From: an uncultured Chloroflexia bacterium
GTDB lineage: Bacteria > Chloroflexota > Dehalococcoidia > Dehalococcoidales > Fen-1064
Direction: 5' to 3'
Length of the DNA stretch: 64,000 bases
Assembly (NCBI GenBank): GCA_963754195.1
Contig: CAVWFD010000010.1
Location: forward strand, 47,116-111,115
Shown here: one piece after another, positions 9,886 to 17,721 of the stretch
Position numbering within the stretch: position 1 is the first letter of the stretch
Layout: each line of letters starts with the position of its first letter
The notes under the pieces: model-generated
What the model saw: only the letters and a program-made list of their open reading frames with translations
What the model was told of the DNA's origin: nothing
Database searches by the model: none
Translations under genes and position numbers: made by a program

Positions 9886-10365
9886 TTAACTTACTGCTAT
9901 CAGTTCGGGTGTGTTGGCTTCCGCTTCCGCTTTGGCTTTGGCTTCCGCTTCCGCTTTGGCTTCTAAAGCCTTTGAAAGTTCGTTTCTATCGTGTGCGATA
10001 ATCGGGAGAGCCATCTTTACAGCAAGGTCAACTTGTGCCTTATAATCGGTTGGTAAAGCCATTTTAACGCCGTTGGCGTGTGCGATTAGGGATTGTTCAA
10101 AGTTGGCTTTTACCATATTGACGTTATCGGATAGCTCTTTAACAACACGTATGACAGGCTTACCAGACTGTGAGAATCTTACAGTTCCAGTTTTGTCATA
10201 CTGTAAACGTAATGGAGAGCCTAGCACATCGGGAGTTATCTCCGTCTTATGTTCGACATTCGTGGCTGTAAAGAACGGTAGCCAAACCGTTTCTAGGTCA
10301 ATACTCCAAACTTTACGACCTTGTGGCTTTCGGGTGATAGGCTGTAATAATCCATTTATATCCAT
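9886..10365 (-). CDS. hypothetical protein with C-terminal Glu/Ala/Lys repeat tail (island cargo)
   Basis: ORF is 9886-10374. The ATG at 10365 (MDINGLL) is preceded by AAAGGA. No recognisable domain. Confidence 0.6.
   Translation of the reverse strand: MDINGLLQPITRKPQGRKVWSIDLETVWLPFFTATNVEHKTEITPDVLGSPLRLQYDKTGTVRFSQSGKPVIRVVKELSDNVNMVKANFEQSLIAHANGVKMALPTDYKAQVDLAVKMALPIIAHDRNELSKALEAKAEAEAKAKAEAEANTPELIAVS
9916..9963. repeat. 24-bp tandem duplication (2 copies, identical except the last base) inside the CDS
   Basis: GGCTTCCGCTTCCGCTTTGGCTT(T/C) occurs twice and encodes EAKAEAEAKAKAEAEA on the minus strand. Confidence 0.9.
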
Positions 10366-10381
10366 TTTTACCAATCCTTTC

Positions 10382-10404
10382 CCTAGCCTAGCAAGTACAT
10401 TTAA
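10382..10404. repeat. inverted repeat, right arm
   Basis: CCTAGCCTAGCAAGTACATTTAA is the reverse complement of the 9841-9863 arm with 2 mismatches. Confidence 0.85.
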
Positions 10405-11182
10405 GCGTGTATTGCTGTCAATTCTATAATCATCTATCTATTACGCTTTCGGGATTGTAATCCCTAATCATCTTATAGATTCAATTGTTTGTTAAAGTGC
10501 GGGTATCGAGTGCGATATTTAAGATTGCCAGTCTATTTCTTGATTATGTTAGCTTGTGCGTGTCCTCTTATTCGTAGAGTTTTATTCAATTTTTGTATCT
10601 ACTAGAGATAAGATTACTTTACAAAAGAGCCTTTGGGAAAGGAAATGTGGTAGCTACTTTTTAGACACAAGCCGCTAACTTCGATTTATCCACATTTCGA
10701 TAACTGCTGGCTTGAGTCCGACATCTATAGTCAAGGTTGATAAAACTTATAAGCAGATGCCTTATCGTTAACACGGGAGATTTAGGTTAACAGCACCAGC
10801 AAGACTGTATTGAACAGTGCCGGTATTACCGAGTAACACGTCGTGGGGAATATTGAGGGGAAATACCTGACGGAACGTTGACCGGGGGTATACGTCTGTC
10901 TCATCTCGATCATAGACGGCAGGATTGGAAACCGTGAATTACCCTGTGCAAAAAGCACAGGGCGATAATCTATAAAATAACGGGCATTTTTACGCTCCAT
11001 GGAGGTGTTTATTGCTTATAATCCACGTCAATTGTCATATCATTTATCATAGTAAAGGTCATATTAAATCATGTCGGTTCATGGTGATTGTCATAGTAAA
11101 CATCATACTGCTGGTGGAAGACTATCATATTAATTATCATACTGATTTAATGGTCTTGGACTATGAGGGAAATCGAACCAGA

Positions 11183-11548
11183 CTAGGGAGAGTAATACTG
11201 GTAGAGGAATTCTCTTTCTTTAACGGTAGCCGACGAGGGGTCTTTCAGAAGTTGCTCCCCACGGCGTTTCCATCTCTGGTATTTGGCCAGTTTTTCCTTG
11301 CCGCCCTGTCGGGGGTAGCGACGGATTTGATCTATCTCCATCTCACAACTGTGAATCCATTCCCTGACACATTGTCGAATTTTATTTTGTTCGACGGCTT
11401 GTTCAATGATTCTGCGTCTCTTTTTCCACTCCTGAAAGTAACGGAACACTGTTGGTTTTTTGAGAGAAATGGTATTACTAATCTCAGCAGGTCGCTTCCC
11501 GTTATCAAAAAGTTTGAAGGCGATTATCTTTTGGCAATTGGGATACAT
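11183..11548 (-). CDS. helix-turn-helix domain protein
   Basis: The N-terminal FKLFDNGKRPAEISNTISLKKPTVFRYF resembles a resolvase/IS-type HTH. RBS AGGAG. Last gene of a 3-gene minus-strand operon. Confidence 0.6.
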   Translation of the reverse strand: MYPNCQKIIAFKLFDNGKRPAEISNTISLKKPTVFRYFQEWKKRRRIIEQAVEQNKIRQCVREWIHSCEMEIDQIRRYPRQGGKEKLAKYQRWKRRGEQLLKDPSSATVKEREFLYQYYSP

Positions 11549-11562
11549 GCTATGGCTCCTGT

Positions 11563-12009
11563 TTAAATGAACTCTGGGTGCGTTGCCCGAACCGGGTCCC
11601 CCCAGGCTTTAGTTTCGGCTAGGCCCTTTTCAGTCAATCGATAGAAGACCTTCTTCTGCAAGAAATTGTAGTTGGCAGGCTCCCGTCTGCCAGTGCGCTC
11701 GATGAGACCCATGATGAGAAACCAATGGAAATAACGACTGAAGCTAGAGTAGTTCGGCCGCCGAAGAGGCGTGTCTCCAACCCATAGCCTTTCTTCATTT
11801 AGTGTTTTTATCTTCTCTGTCAAAGAACGGTAAATATCGGCGGCACAGGCTTCGTGATGCTTTTCGAAATACTGTTTTGTGAAGAGTTCAGGACGATACT
11901 CGCTGGCACCCCTTCCCCAAGGCACAGATTTATTCGGAGATTCATGACCGTCACTATCATTGCTTGGATCTCTCGATATCTTTGGTTTTTTATTTTGTGG
12001 ATCCTTCAT
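11563..12009 (-). CDS. hypothetical protein, possible winged-helix DNA-binding protein
   Basis: 148 aa, overlaps the recombinase gene by 20 nt. The FHWFLIMGLIERTG...YRLTEKG pattern is wHTH-like. Confidence 0.5.
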   Translation of the reverse strand: MKDPQNKKPKISRDPSNDSDGHESPNKSVPWGRGASEYRPELFTKQYFEKHHEACAADIYRSLTEKIKTLNEERLWVGDTPLRRPNYSSFSRYFHWFLIMGLIERTGRREPANYNFLQKKVFYRLTEKGLAETKAWGDPVRATHPEFI

Positions 12010-12661
12010 CGTTGTTACTTCCCCAAAGTTTTTGGTATTCAGACTTTAGTCGTTCAAAATCGCTATCAATATACTCGAAGGTCGTAGAAATACGGGCATG
12101 ACCTAACATTCGCTGGAGCTGCTTCACATCAAGGCCCTTAGCTGCCCAAGTTGTAGCTAGAAAATGACGAAATGAGTGTGGATGGAGTCCTGCAATTCCG
12201 GCACGCCGGCCAATTCTCTGGACCAGCTGGAATCCGCGTTGGCGCGTGAAAGGAAATAGAAGCGGCCCACGGTATGAAAACTGTCGCCGCCACTCTAGGT
12301 ATGTTTTAATCATAGCCAATGTATCATTGTCGATCGGAATAATTCGCTGACGTCGTTGTGCAACTTTTTCCCTAATGGCTTGGTCCACCTTGTTTCCACA
12401 GACAGGGCAAAAGATATGCCGTTTGCCTAAAATCGCGCCACAGCCTGGACATTTCAATTTCAATCTCTCTTTCAAATGAATGATGGCCAACGTTGCATTT
12501 GTAAAATCCACATCGCTTTCTTTAATTTGGATAGCCTCAGAAATACGCACTCCACTCCTTGATAAGAGTGCAATGAATGCCCTATCGCGAGGATTGGTGG
12601 TAGCATTAATTACCTTATCCATCTGCCCTTTTAAATTTCCCATTAAACTAGAATTTGTCAT
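11990..12661 (-). CDS. compact tyrosine recombinase (catalytic domain only) with inserted CxxC...CxxC zinc ribbon
   Basis: GVRISEA (Arg I), HSFRH (HxxR) and LGHARISTTFEYI (His/Tyr). CPGCG...CPVCG lies between Arg I and HxxR. No N-terminal core-binding domain. Confidence 0.8.
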   Translation of the reverse strand: MTNSSLMGNLKGQMDKVINATTNPRDRAFIALLSRSGVRISEAIQIKESDVDFTNATLAIIHLKERLKLKCPGCGAILGKRHIFCPVCGNKVDQAIREKVAQRRQRIIPIDNDTLAMIKTYLEWRRQFSYRGPLLFPFTRQRGFQLVQRIGRRAGIAGLHPHSFRHFLATTWAAKGLDVKQLQRMLGHARISTTFEYIDSDFERLKSEYQKLWGSNNDEGSTK

Positions 12662-12754
12662 TTAATAAGGTTACCTTTGCATTCAGTATTCTGCCGGCAT
12701 TCCATTGCCTTCCTCAGTGATTCATTACGTTTTCACATGTTTGTCTAGAAGTTG

Positions 12755-12964
12755 CTATTCGTTTGCGTTTCCACTTGGCGGATTAAAGGATGATTGACCG
12801 GCTAAAAGCCGTTCAAGTTCGGCTTTCGGGATTAGAATTTTTCTGTCTACTCTAATGCCCTTTAGCTGCCCACGTTTGATCATTTTGTAGATTGAATTAA
12901 GGCATAAGCCAAGTGTGGAAGCAGCTTCCATTGGTGAGTAAGCCATCCGTTCATTGACCATCAT
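12755..12964 (-). CDS. excisionase/MerR-type helix-turn-helix DNA-binding protein
   Basis: SPMEAASTLGLCLNSIYKMIKRGQLKGIRVDRKILIP is typical of the Xis/HTH_17 family. The start was chosen after AAAGGA; the ORF extends to 12979. Confidence 0.65.
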   Translation of the reverse strand: MMVNERMAYSPMEAASTLGLCLNSIYKMIKRGQLKGIRVDRKILIPKAELERLLAGQSSFNPPSGNANE

Positions 12965-13008
12965 AATAATTCCTTTCATCGGTATTGACTTTTGTTTCTA
13001 AATGCTTT

Positions 13009-13042
13009 ATTATTTATCCAGATTAACATTATTGTTTATCCA
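13009..13042. promoter_or_regulatory. 12-nt direct repeat ATT(A/G)TTTATCCA x2 in a divergent control region
   Basis: Copies at 13009-13020 and 13031-13042 with 22-bp periodicity, between the excisionase-like gene and the 13122 gene. Confidence 0.3.
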
Positions 13043-13121
13043 TACACAATCATGATAAATCTATTAATACCGTTTGGCAATGGTAAATCTACATGGATTA
13101 ATACTGGATTTTGGAGTGAAA

Positions 13122-14105
13122 ATGGCTAGACCGGAATTACTTACCGCAGACCAAAAGAAGTTCATTGCCGAAATTAAACTACAAGCTCTAGAAGAGAAAC
13201 GCAGACTCTCTGCCACGAATGTGATAAGGGAAGTGAAAGAACAGTTTGCAGCTGAACGAGTATCTGCAACAGCAATAATAAAGTACCTCACCAAAATCAA
13301 TGAACGTTTTAAGAAACTAATCGACAAACCATGGAATACTGCGACATTGAACACCGAACGTTTATCGACAAGCTCTATCCCATGGTTAATTATTGTTCAG
13401 ATTTCAAGAAAATCCTTCTATTCGAAGCCGATGACTGTGCGTGAAGCCATATGGTTTGACAGATTACATGATTTTAAAGATATGTTTGTGAGTATACCTG
13501 ATATAAGGGGCATCGGAACAGAAGAAAAGATAAAGACTTTCCTGACAATTGCTACATGGGCACAAATGTATGCTTATCGTGAGAAAATCGACACCATAGC
13601 TGGTATTAAAGAACCTGATTATAGTGTTTTAGATAGCTACATTATTGCTAGAGATTTACAAGAGATATTCAAATATAACTACAAATGGGCAAGTGATGCA
13701 GTAGACCCAATATTTAATAAGGAGAATGCCACAAAAGATGCTCTTAAAAAAGCGTATTTCCGCTATCTAAAACCTGCAATTTTTGAAACAATTCGGGAGG
13801 GGGAAACTCTTATTTTAGGTCATTCTTTGGGCGACCCGGATATGCCTGAATACTCTCTTCTAATATATTGCAATGTATTTGGAACCCTCCTTGTTGAAGA
13901 AAATTGGTATAAGACTTTAAAAGAAACAAATTATCAACAAAAATTGTATTTTTTAAGACTTGTGCGTGAATGGTGTAAGAACAAACCCGACCTTAAACCC
14001 GACTTTGATTACTCAAATCCTGATATCAAGGGGAAAATTGATTTAGTATTGTCTCATATTCTTGAGAATGTGAAAAGGATGGTGCCAAATGAAGGGTCAA
14101 ATTAG
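13122..14105 (+). CDS. hypothetical protein (island, co-transcribed with integrase)
   Basis: ATG follows GGAGTG. Overlaps the integrase start by 17 nt. AT-rich, no recognisable domain. Confidence 0.6.
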   Translation: MARPELLTADQKKFIAEIKLQALEEKRRLSATNVIREVKEQFAAERVSATAIIKYLTKINERFKKLIDKPWNTATLNTERLSTSSIPWLIIVQISRKSFYSKPMTVREAIWFDRLHDFKDMFVSIPDIRGIGTEEKIKTFLTIATWAQMYAYREKIDTIAGIKEPDYSVLDSYIIARDLQEIFKYNYKWASDAVDPIFNKENATKDALKKAYFRYLKPAIFETIREGETLILGHSLGDPDMPEYSLLIYCNVFGTLLVEENWYKTLKETNYQQKLYFLRLVREWCKNKPDLKPDFDYSNPDIKGKIDLVLSHILENVKRMVPNEGSN

Positions 14106-15243
14106 ACAACGTGGTAAGACATTTAGTGTAATTGTTCCCCTAGGTAAAGATGAGACAGGGAAAAAACGCTACAAGTGGGTTACTTGTCACTCTAAAAAAG
14201 AAGCTCAAGCCAAGCGAGCAGAACTTGTCCACCTAGCAAACATGGGTACACTTGTTTCACCTAAAGGTACATTAGGTGAATTTATAGAACGCTGGCTAGA
14301 GGAATATGCTAAACCGAATGTAAGTCCTACTACGGCAGAAACTTACGCCAAGATTGCCCGCGCTCATGTATTACCTGCCCTAGGCAAAATTCCACTCAAA
14401 GACCTAAAGCCAGAACATTTACAACATTTTTATTCAGACAGACTTGGAAAAGGCTTAAGCCCGACTACCATTCGCCATCATCATATGTTATTGCATAAGG
14501 CTCTTGATGATGCAGTTAGATGGGGGTTGCTTGCTCGGAATATAGCTGACGCCGTTTCCCCACCACTTAATATACGTAAAGAAATGCGTATACTCAATGA
14601 CATCGAAATTAACAAGGTTTTATCTGAATCGAGGGATACTAAATACTTCATCTTATTTGCCGTTGATTTAATGACCGGATTACGTAGAAGTGAACTTCTC
14701 GGTCTACAATGGGCAGATGTAGATTTGATTATGGCAGAACTATCTGTAGCAAGGTCATTGCATCGGCTCATCTCCGGTGAAACAATTTATCGACCACCCA
14801 AGACAGTTAAATCACGGCGTACCGTAGCTTTATCACCAGCAACATGTCAACTACTTCGCGAGCATCTTCAAAAGACAATGGACATGTGTTCACGTTTGAA
14901 TATCCCCTTTACTAATGAACGATTAGTATTTAGTGAGCAAGATGGTAGTCCCCTCCGACCTGATACTATAACTCAAGCATGGCACCGGATGGCAAAAAAG
15001 ATGAACCTTAATGGTGTCAGATTTCACGACTTAAGACATAGCCATGCCTCTTTAATGTTGAAGCAAGGTGTTCATCCGAAGATTGTCCAAGAGCGGTTAG
15101 GTCATTCCACGATAGCGGTGACATTGGATACTTACAGCCACGTCACCCCTGGATTACAGCGCGCCGCAGCTGAAAGGTTAGATAGTTTCATTGATGCCCA
15201 GAATAGCAAAAGAATAGCAACCGCAGTTATGTCTAGTAAGTGA
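14089..15243 (+). CDS. site-specific tyrosine integrase (phage integrase family)
   Basis: N-terminal arm-type domain (IRQRGKTFSV...YKWVT), core-binding domain, GLRRSELLGL, HDLRHSHAS and LGHSTIAVTLDTYSHV. Confidence 0.9.
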   Translation: MKGQIRQRGKTFSVIVPLGKDETGKKRYKWVTCHSKKEAQAKRAELVHLANMGTLVSPKGTLGEFIERWLEEYAKPNVSPTTAETYAKIARAHVLPALGKIPLKDLKPEHLQHFYSDRLGKGLSPTTIRHHHMLLHKALDDAVRWGLLARNIADAVSPPLNIRKEMRILNDIEINKVLSESRDTKYFILFAVDLMTGLRRSELLGLQWADVDLIMAELSVARSLHRLISGETIYRPPKTVKSRRTVALSPATCQLLREHLQKTMDMCSRLNIPFTNERLVFSEQDGSPLRPDTITQAWHRMAKKMNLNGVRFHDLRHSHASLMLKQGVHPKIVQERLGHSTIAVTLDTYSHVTPGLQRAAAERLDSFIDAQNSKRIATAVMSSK

Positions 15244-15276
15244 ACTTTACAATAAGTGAGAATTAGCTTTGATAAT

Positions 15277-15351
15277 TGGAGGCGACGGGCGGATTTGGAC
15301 CGCCGAATGGGAGTTTTGCAGACTCCTGCCTTGCCACTTGGCTACGTCGCC
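15277..15351 (-). tRNA. tRNA-Cys (GCA)
   Basis: 75-nt cloverleaf GGCGACG...CTGCAAA...CGTCGCC-U-CCA with U73 discriminator and encoded CCA. The T-loop reads TCCAAAT, which is non-canonical at position 55. Confidence 0.85.
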
Positions 15352-15435
15352 TTGTTACTTTATTGTAAAGGATGGGATTTTCCATTGCAAGCTCAACGTT
15401 CGGTTTGGTTACCAAAAACGGTTGTATCGCATTTA

Positions 15436-15984
15436 TTATTGCGCTTTCAGTTTACTCGCCCATTTCTGACGGAATTTGGCAACCTTTGGTGCCACCACCG
15501 CCTGACAATAAGGCTGTTGGGGATTATGCTCAAAATAATCGCGGTGGTAGTCTTCTGCGCTATAAAACCTGGTATACGGCTTCACTTCGGTAACGACGGG
15601 CCTGTCCCAGATATGAGTTTCGCTGATTTCTTTAATCACTTGCTCGGCGATCATTTTCTGCGCTTCATTATGGTAAAAGATGGCAGACCGGTATTGAGTT
15701 CCTGCATCATTCCCCTGCCGATTTAGCGTGGTCGGGTCGTGGATAGTGAAGAATATTTCGAGTATGTCGTGATAAGAAATCACGTCAGGGAAAAAGGTGA
15801 TATCGATGGCTTCCGCGTGTCCGGTATTATCACTGCAAACCTCCTGATAGGTCGGGGTAACTTTCTTGCCACCGGTGTACCCGGATAATACTCTCTGTAC
15901 GCCCTCAACTTCTTTGTAAATGGCTTCCAGACACCAGAAACATCCGCCGGCCAACGTCGCCACTTCTTCTCTGCTCATGTTCAT
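15436..15984 (-). CDS. msrA: peptide-methionine (S)-S-oxide reductase
   Basis: GGCFWCLEAIY active-site motif. The start was chosen just after the msrB stop; ATG at 15978 is also possible, and the ORF extends to 16059. Confidence 0.9.
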   Translation of the reverse strand: MNMSREEVATLAGGCFWCLEAIYKEVEGVQRVLSGYTGGKKVTPTYQEVCSDNTGHAEAIDITFFPDVISYHDILEIFFTIHDPTTLNRQGNDAGTQYRSAIFYHNEAQKMIAEQVIKEISETHIWDRPVVTEVKPYTRFYSAEDYHRDYFEHNPQQPYCQAVVAPKVAKFRQKWASKLKAQ

Positions 15985-15988
15985 CCTC

Positions 15989-16429
15989 CTATTCTTTGGC
16001 AAATTTAATCGCCGCCGCGTTGATGCAATAGCGCTTGTTTGTTGGCGCAGGTCCATCATCGAAAACGTGTCCTAAATGAGCATCACACCGCGCGCAAAGC
16101 ACTTCTGTCCGCCGCATTCCGAAACTGTTATCGATTTCCTCGCGGATATTTAAGGGAGAGACCGGCTCATAATAACTGGGCCAGCCCGTGCCGGAGTGAA
16201 ATTTAACACTATTGGCGAATAAATCCGTGCCGCAGCGGACGCAACTGAAAACACCTGGCTCTTTAATCTCATCGAACGTGCAGGTGAACGGCTGTTCCGT
16301 GCCCTTTTCCGTAGTGACTTCATATTGTTTGGGAGTTAGTAATTTCTTCCATTCCGCTTTAGTCGTGCCAATTTTTTCCACGGAAATGGTTTGATTGCGG
16401 CGATAATCGAATATCTGTATCTTTTCCAT
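15989..16429 (-). CDS. msrB: peptide-methionine (R)-S-oxide reductase
   Basis: CxxC pairs (CVRCGTDLF, CARCDAHLGHVFDDGP), SelR domain. Confidence 0.9.
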   Translation of the reverse strand: MEKIQIFDYRRNQTISVEKIGTTKAEWKKLLTPKQYEVTTEKGTEQPFTCTFDEIKEPGVFSCVRCGTDLFANSVKFHSGTGWPSYYEPVSPLNIREEIDNSFGMRRTEVLCARCDAHLGHVFDDGPAPTNKRYCINAAAIKFAKE

Positions 16430-16510
16430 TCAATTCTCCTTTTTACAGTCCATTTTTCTATTTAGAGGAGTCTTAAATCTAAATGGCAGAAAGGAAGAAA
16501 GGAAGAAGAA

Positions 16511-16786
16511 CTAATTGGCCTTTCCGAATAAGCCGGTTTTTTGTTGATCTTCAGTCTGTAGTTTTTCCAGGTATTCTTTAACTTGTTTACACTCTGTCCC
16601 CGGACAATCGAGGACGCGTTTCAGTGTTAAACTACGGTTAACCAGATCCAATCTGGCCTTACGCGAAGAGGTTAAATTTTCAAAGCCAGTGCATTTCACC
16701 GACCCGCCACTCTTGACGATGATGGTAACTTCTGCAGCGACAGCATCACATTTAATTGTAACGGCGGTTACTTGCCAATCGACCAT
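16511..16786 (-). CDS. hypothetical small protein (4 Cys)
   Basis: 91-aa ORF in a gap between genes. No recognisable domain. Confidence 0.45.
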   Translation of the reverse strand: MVDWQVTAVTIKCDAVAAEVTIIVKSGGSVKCTGFENLTSSRKARLDLVNRSLTLKRVLDCPGTECKQVKEYLEKLQTEDQQKTGLFGKAN

Positions 16787-16866
16787 ACTCGATCCTTCGG
16801 CTTCATTTTGCGTTATTATATTAGCATCGGCATTTGTCTATATTCAACCAGGTATTTTCTGTACCT

Positions 16867-17721
16867 TTATTTCTCGATGCCTATCAATTGAAAACACAAT
16901 TTACCGGAAGGTACGGTAACTTCAATCGTATCGCCAACGCATTTACCGATGACTGATTTCCCTACCGGTGAGACTGCTGAAATCTTGCCTTTGGCAGGAT
17001 TAACCTCTCGAGGGCCGACCAATGTATAACGGACTTCCTTGTTTGTGGCTGTCTCCTGCAAAACAACCGTATTCCCGATAACCACTGTATGAGTAACAAC
17101 TCGGTTCTCTTCGATAATGGCCGCGGTAGAAAGCATCTGTTCGAGTTCCATGATTTTGCCTTCTATCATGCTCTTCTGCTCGCGTGCTGCATGATATGGC
17201 GCATTTTCCTTGAAGTCCTTGTCTGCCGCCGCCCGCTTGATATCCTCGAGGACAACTAATCTTTTTTCTTTCAGCGCTTTCAGTTCGGTTTCTATCCCGT
17301 CGAAAGCTTGTTGGGTCATATAAGAGGGCTCTTTTTTACTATTATTGTCTTTCTTTTTGGTAGTAGCAGTTTTAGATTTGATTTTCTTCACAATCCTGAC
17401 GCTGACCGACAAATTTTCCCGGCACCAATGCTGTTTAAAAGCGAAGTTCAGGAAACCTCTAACCAACTCCAATTTTTGCACACAGGCGGCGTCAGTCTTT
17501 GCCAATCGTTCGGCATAACTACCGACGGCTGACCCTTCCAGAGCCGCAAAGGGTTTTTCCCGACCGCCATACCACCGGATAAAATTATTAATTTCCTGTT
17601 GGGCCGCATTCTTTTTTTCATTAGGCAAAATAGACAGATATCGTCCGGCTGCTTCACCTAAACTCAGATTTTCATCATTATTACCAGTAATCATGACACC
17701 CCTTTTATCACCATTCATCAA
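16867..17721 (-). CDS. GreA/GreB-family transcription elongation factor domain protein with ~130-aa N-terminal extension
   Basis: The C-terminal half has a GreA coiled coil (KALKEKR...KENAPYHAAREQ) and a GreA C-domain (ISAVSPVGKSVIGKCVGDTIEV). The start overlaps the upstream stop (ATGA). Confidence 0.8.
   Translation of the reverse strand: MMNGDKRGVMITGNNDENLSLGEAAGRYLSILPNEKKNAAQQEINNFIRWYGGREKPFAALEGSAVGSYAERLAKTDAACVQKLELVRGFLNFAFKQHWCRENLSVSVRIVKKIKSKTATTKKKDNNSKKEPSYMTQQAFDGIETELKALKEKRLVVLEDIKRAAADKDFKENAPYHAAREQKSMIEGKIMELEQMLSTAAIIEENRVVTHTVVIGNTVVLQETATNKEVRYTLVGPREVNPAKGKISAVSPVGKSVIGKCVGDTIEVTVPSGKLCFQLIGIEK

Larger units (their letters stand above)
8978..15276. mobile_element. 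integrative element / genomic island abutting the 3' end of tRNA-Cys
   Basis: The integrase gene ends 33 nt from the tRNA-Cys 3' end. There is a second tyrosine recombinase, an excisionase-like HTH and AT-rich cargo. The left edge coincides with the truncated SDR. No att direct repeat was found by eye. Confidence 0.55.

Noticed and set aside
10686-10694. Perfect DnaA-box-like 9-mer TTATCCACA, plus two one-mismatch copies at 13012-13020 and 13034-13042, suggesting a replication origin.
   Set aside because: There are single scattered boxes, no dnaA or dnaN nearby, and no AT-rich unwinding element arrangement. They are more likely coincidental or recombinase sites.
11012-11566. 184-aa plus-strand ORF.
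   Set aside because: It is antisense to the HTH gene 11183-11548, which has a good RBS and operon context. Its 5' part runs through the repeat-rich non-coding stretch, and it has no motif.
15256-15726. 156-aa plus-strand ORF and nested ORFs.
   Set aside because: It covers tRNA-Cys and runs antisense to msrA, which has unmistakable active-site motifs.
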